A stretch of 64,000 nucleotides of DNA, from the IMG/VR virus record IMGVR_UViG_3300026088_000015, positions 1 through 64,000 of that record. The stretch is one strand, 5' to 3'. The translations under genes were made by a program, and so were the position numbers. The DNA is from a virus. Its lineage: Duplodnaviria > Caudoviricetes. The notes under the pieces are model-generated. The model did no database searches. It saw only the letters and a list, made by a program, of their open reading frames with translations, and was not told the origin of the DNA. Shown one piece after another: positions 63,459 through 64,000 of this stretch (positions within the stretch are counted from its first letter, which is position 1; every line of letters begins with the position of its first letter).

Positions 63459-63982
63459 TGAATATATTTTGGATTAGGCATACCATTCTTATAGGGGAAC
63501 TCAATCACTTCCTTCCTGTGTTGGAAGCAATTCATATTTTCAGGGTTTGCTGTATTGGGTTCTACCTTTGCCTTTTTATTAAACTTTGTACACCATATTT
63601 TTGCTCTGTGCATGAAGTAGCAATCACTACAGCTACAGTCAAGATTTTGACACCAAATAACTTCTTGTCGTTTAGCTTCCGCTAAAATATCTTTTCTTAC
63701 TGGCTTCCATAGGTTTGGAGTCCAATATCCAGGTAACACGTCAATATTTTCCTTTGTTAATCGTTCTCCGCTCACTGAACAAATAGGGCTTGGTCTCCAA
63801 TAAAGGTGCTCTAATTCCCCCAATGAATTGGTGATGAAGAATTGCTCACGACCTGTCTTTCCTCCCTGTTCAATCCAATCTCTATAGAATTTTTGAAGAT
63901 CCCAAGTAAGACAAGCGTAGATAAAGAATTGCTTATCGCTCCATTGATAGTTAAATTCATATTTTTTCTTAATCGGATTCAT
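63455..63982 (-). CDS. Cys-rich hypothetical protein
   Basis: LDCSCSDCYFM...WCTKF...NCFQHR; ATGA overlap with the GT-B gene. Confidence 0.6.
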   Translation of the reverse strand: MNPIKKKYEFNYQWSDKQFFIYACLTWDLQKFYRDWIEQGGKTGREQFFITNSLGELEHLYWRPSPICSVSGERLTKENIDVLPGYWTPNLWKPVRKDILAEAKRQEVIWCQNLDCSCSDCYFMHRAKIWCTKFNKKAKVEPNTANPENMNCFQHRKEVIEFPYKNGMPNPKYIQ

Positions 63983-64000
63983 TAATCTATTAGTCTATAC

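Overview
The whole window reads as the genome of a Bacteroidota-infecting, probably temperate, podovirus-like phage. No bacterial housekeeping genes, portal, terminase, DNA polymerase or RNA polymerase were recognised. Two arms converge at about 34.5 kb. The + arm (1-34.5 kb) carries, in order: a 5'-truncated protein with 60-bp LRR-like tandem repeats, a two-domain GroES, an 8.3-kb glycan cluster (five putative glycosyltransferases, three methyltransferases, a cupin, a shortened DegT aminotransferase and Gmd), a Red-like recombination pair, an IS1595 transposase with apparent cargo, a divergent control region, an Ocr-like early gene, a tyrosine recombinase, replication-type genes and many small hypothetical ORFs. 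The - arm (64-34.5 kb) carries a GT-B glycosyltransferase, scaffold, major capsid protein, a large fibre, three ring-like proteins, a tail stabilisation/muzzle protein, three ejection-type proteins, tail fibres and a lysis cassette. The gene order resembles crAss-like phages but no virion RNAP is evident. The strongest candidate for an undescribed system is a phage-encoded cytoplasmic glycan synthesis pathway (likely virion glycosylation). Other notable signals are a nested 160-nt hairpin leader with a 13-codon uORF, two classes of repeated promoter motifs and a variable LRR array. All family assignments come from motif recognition by eye; no database search was run.
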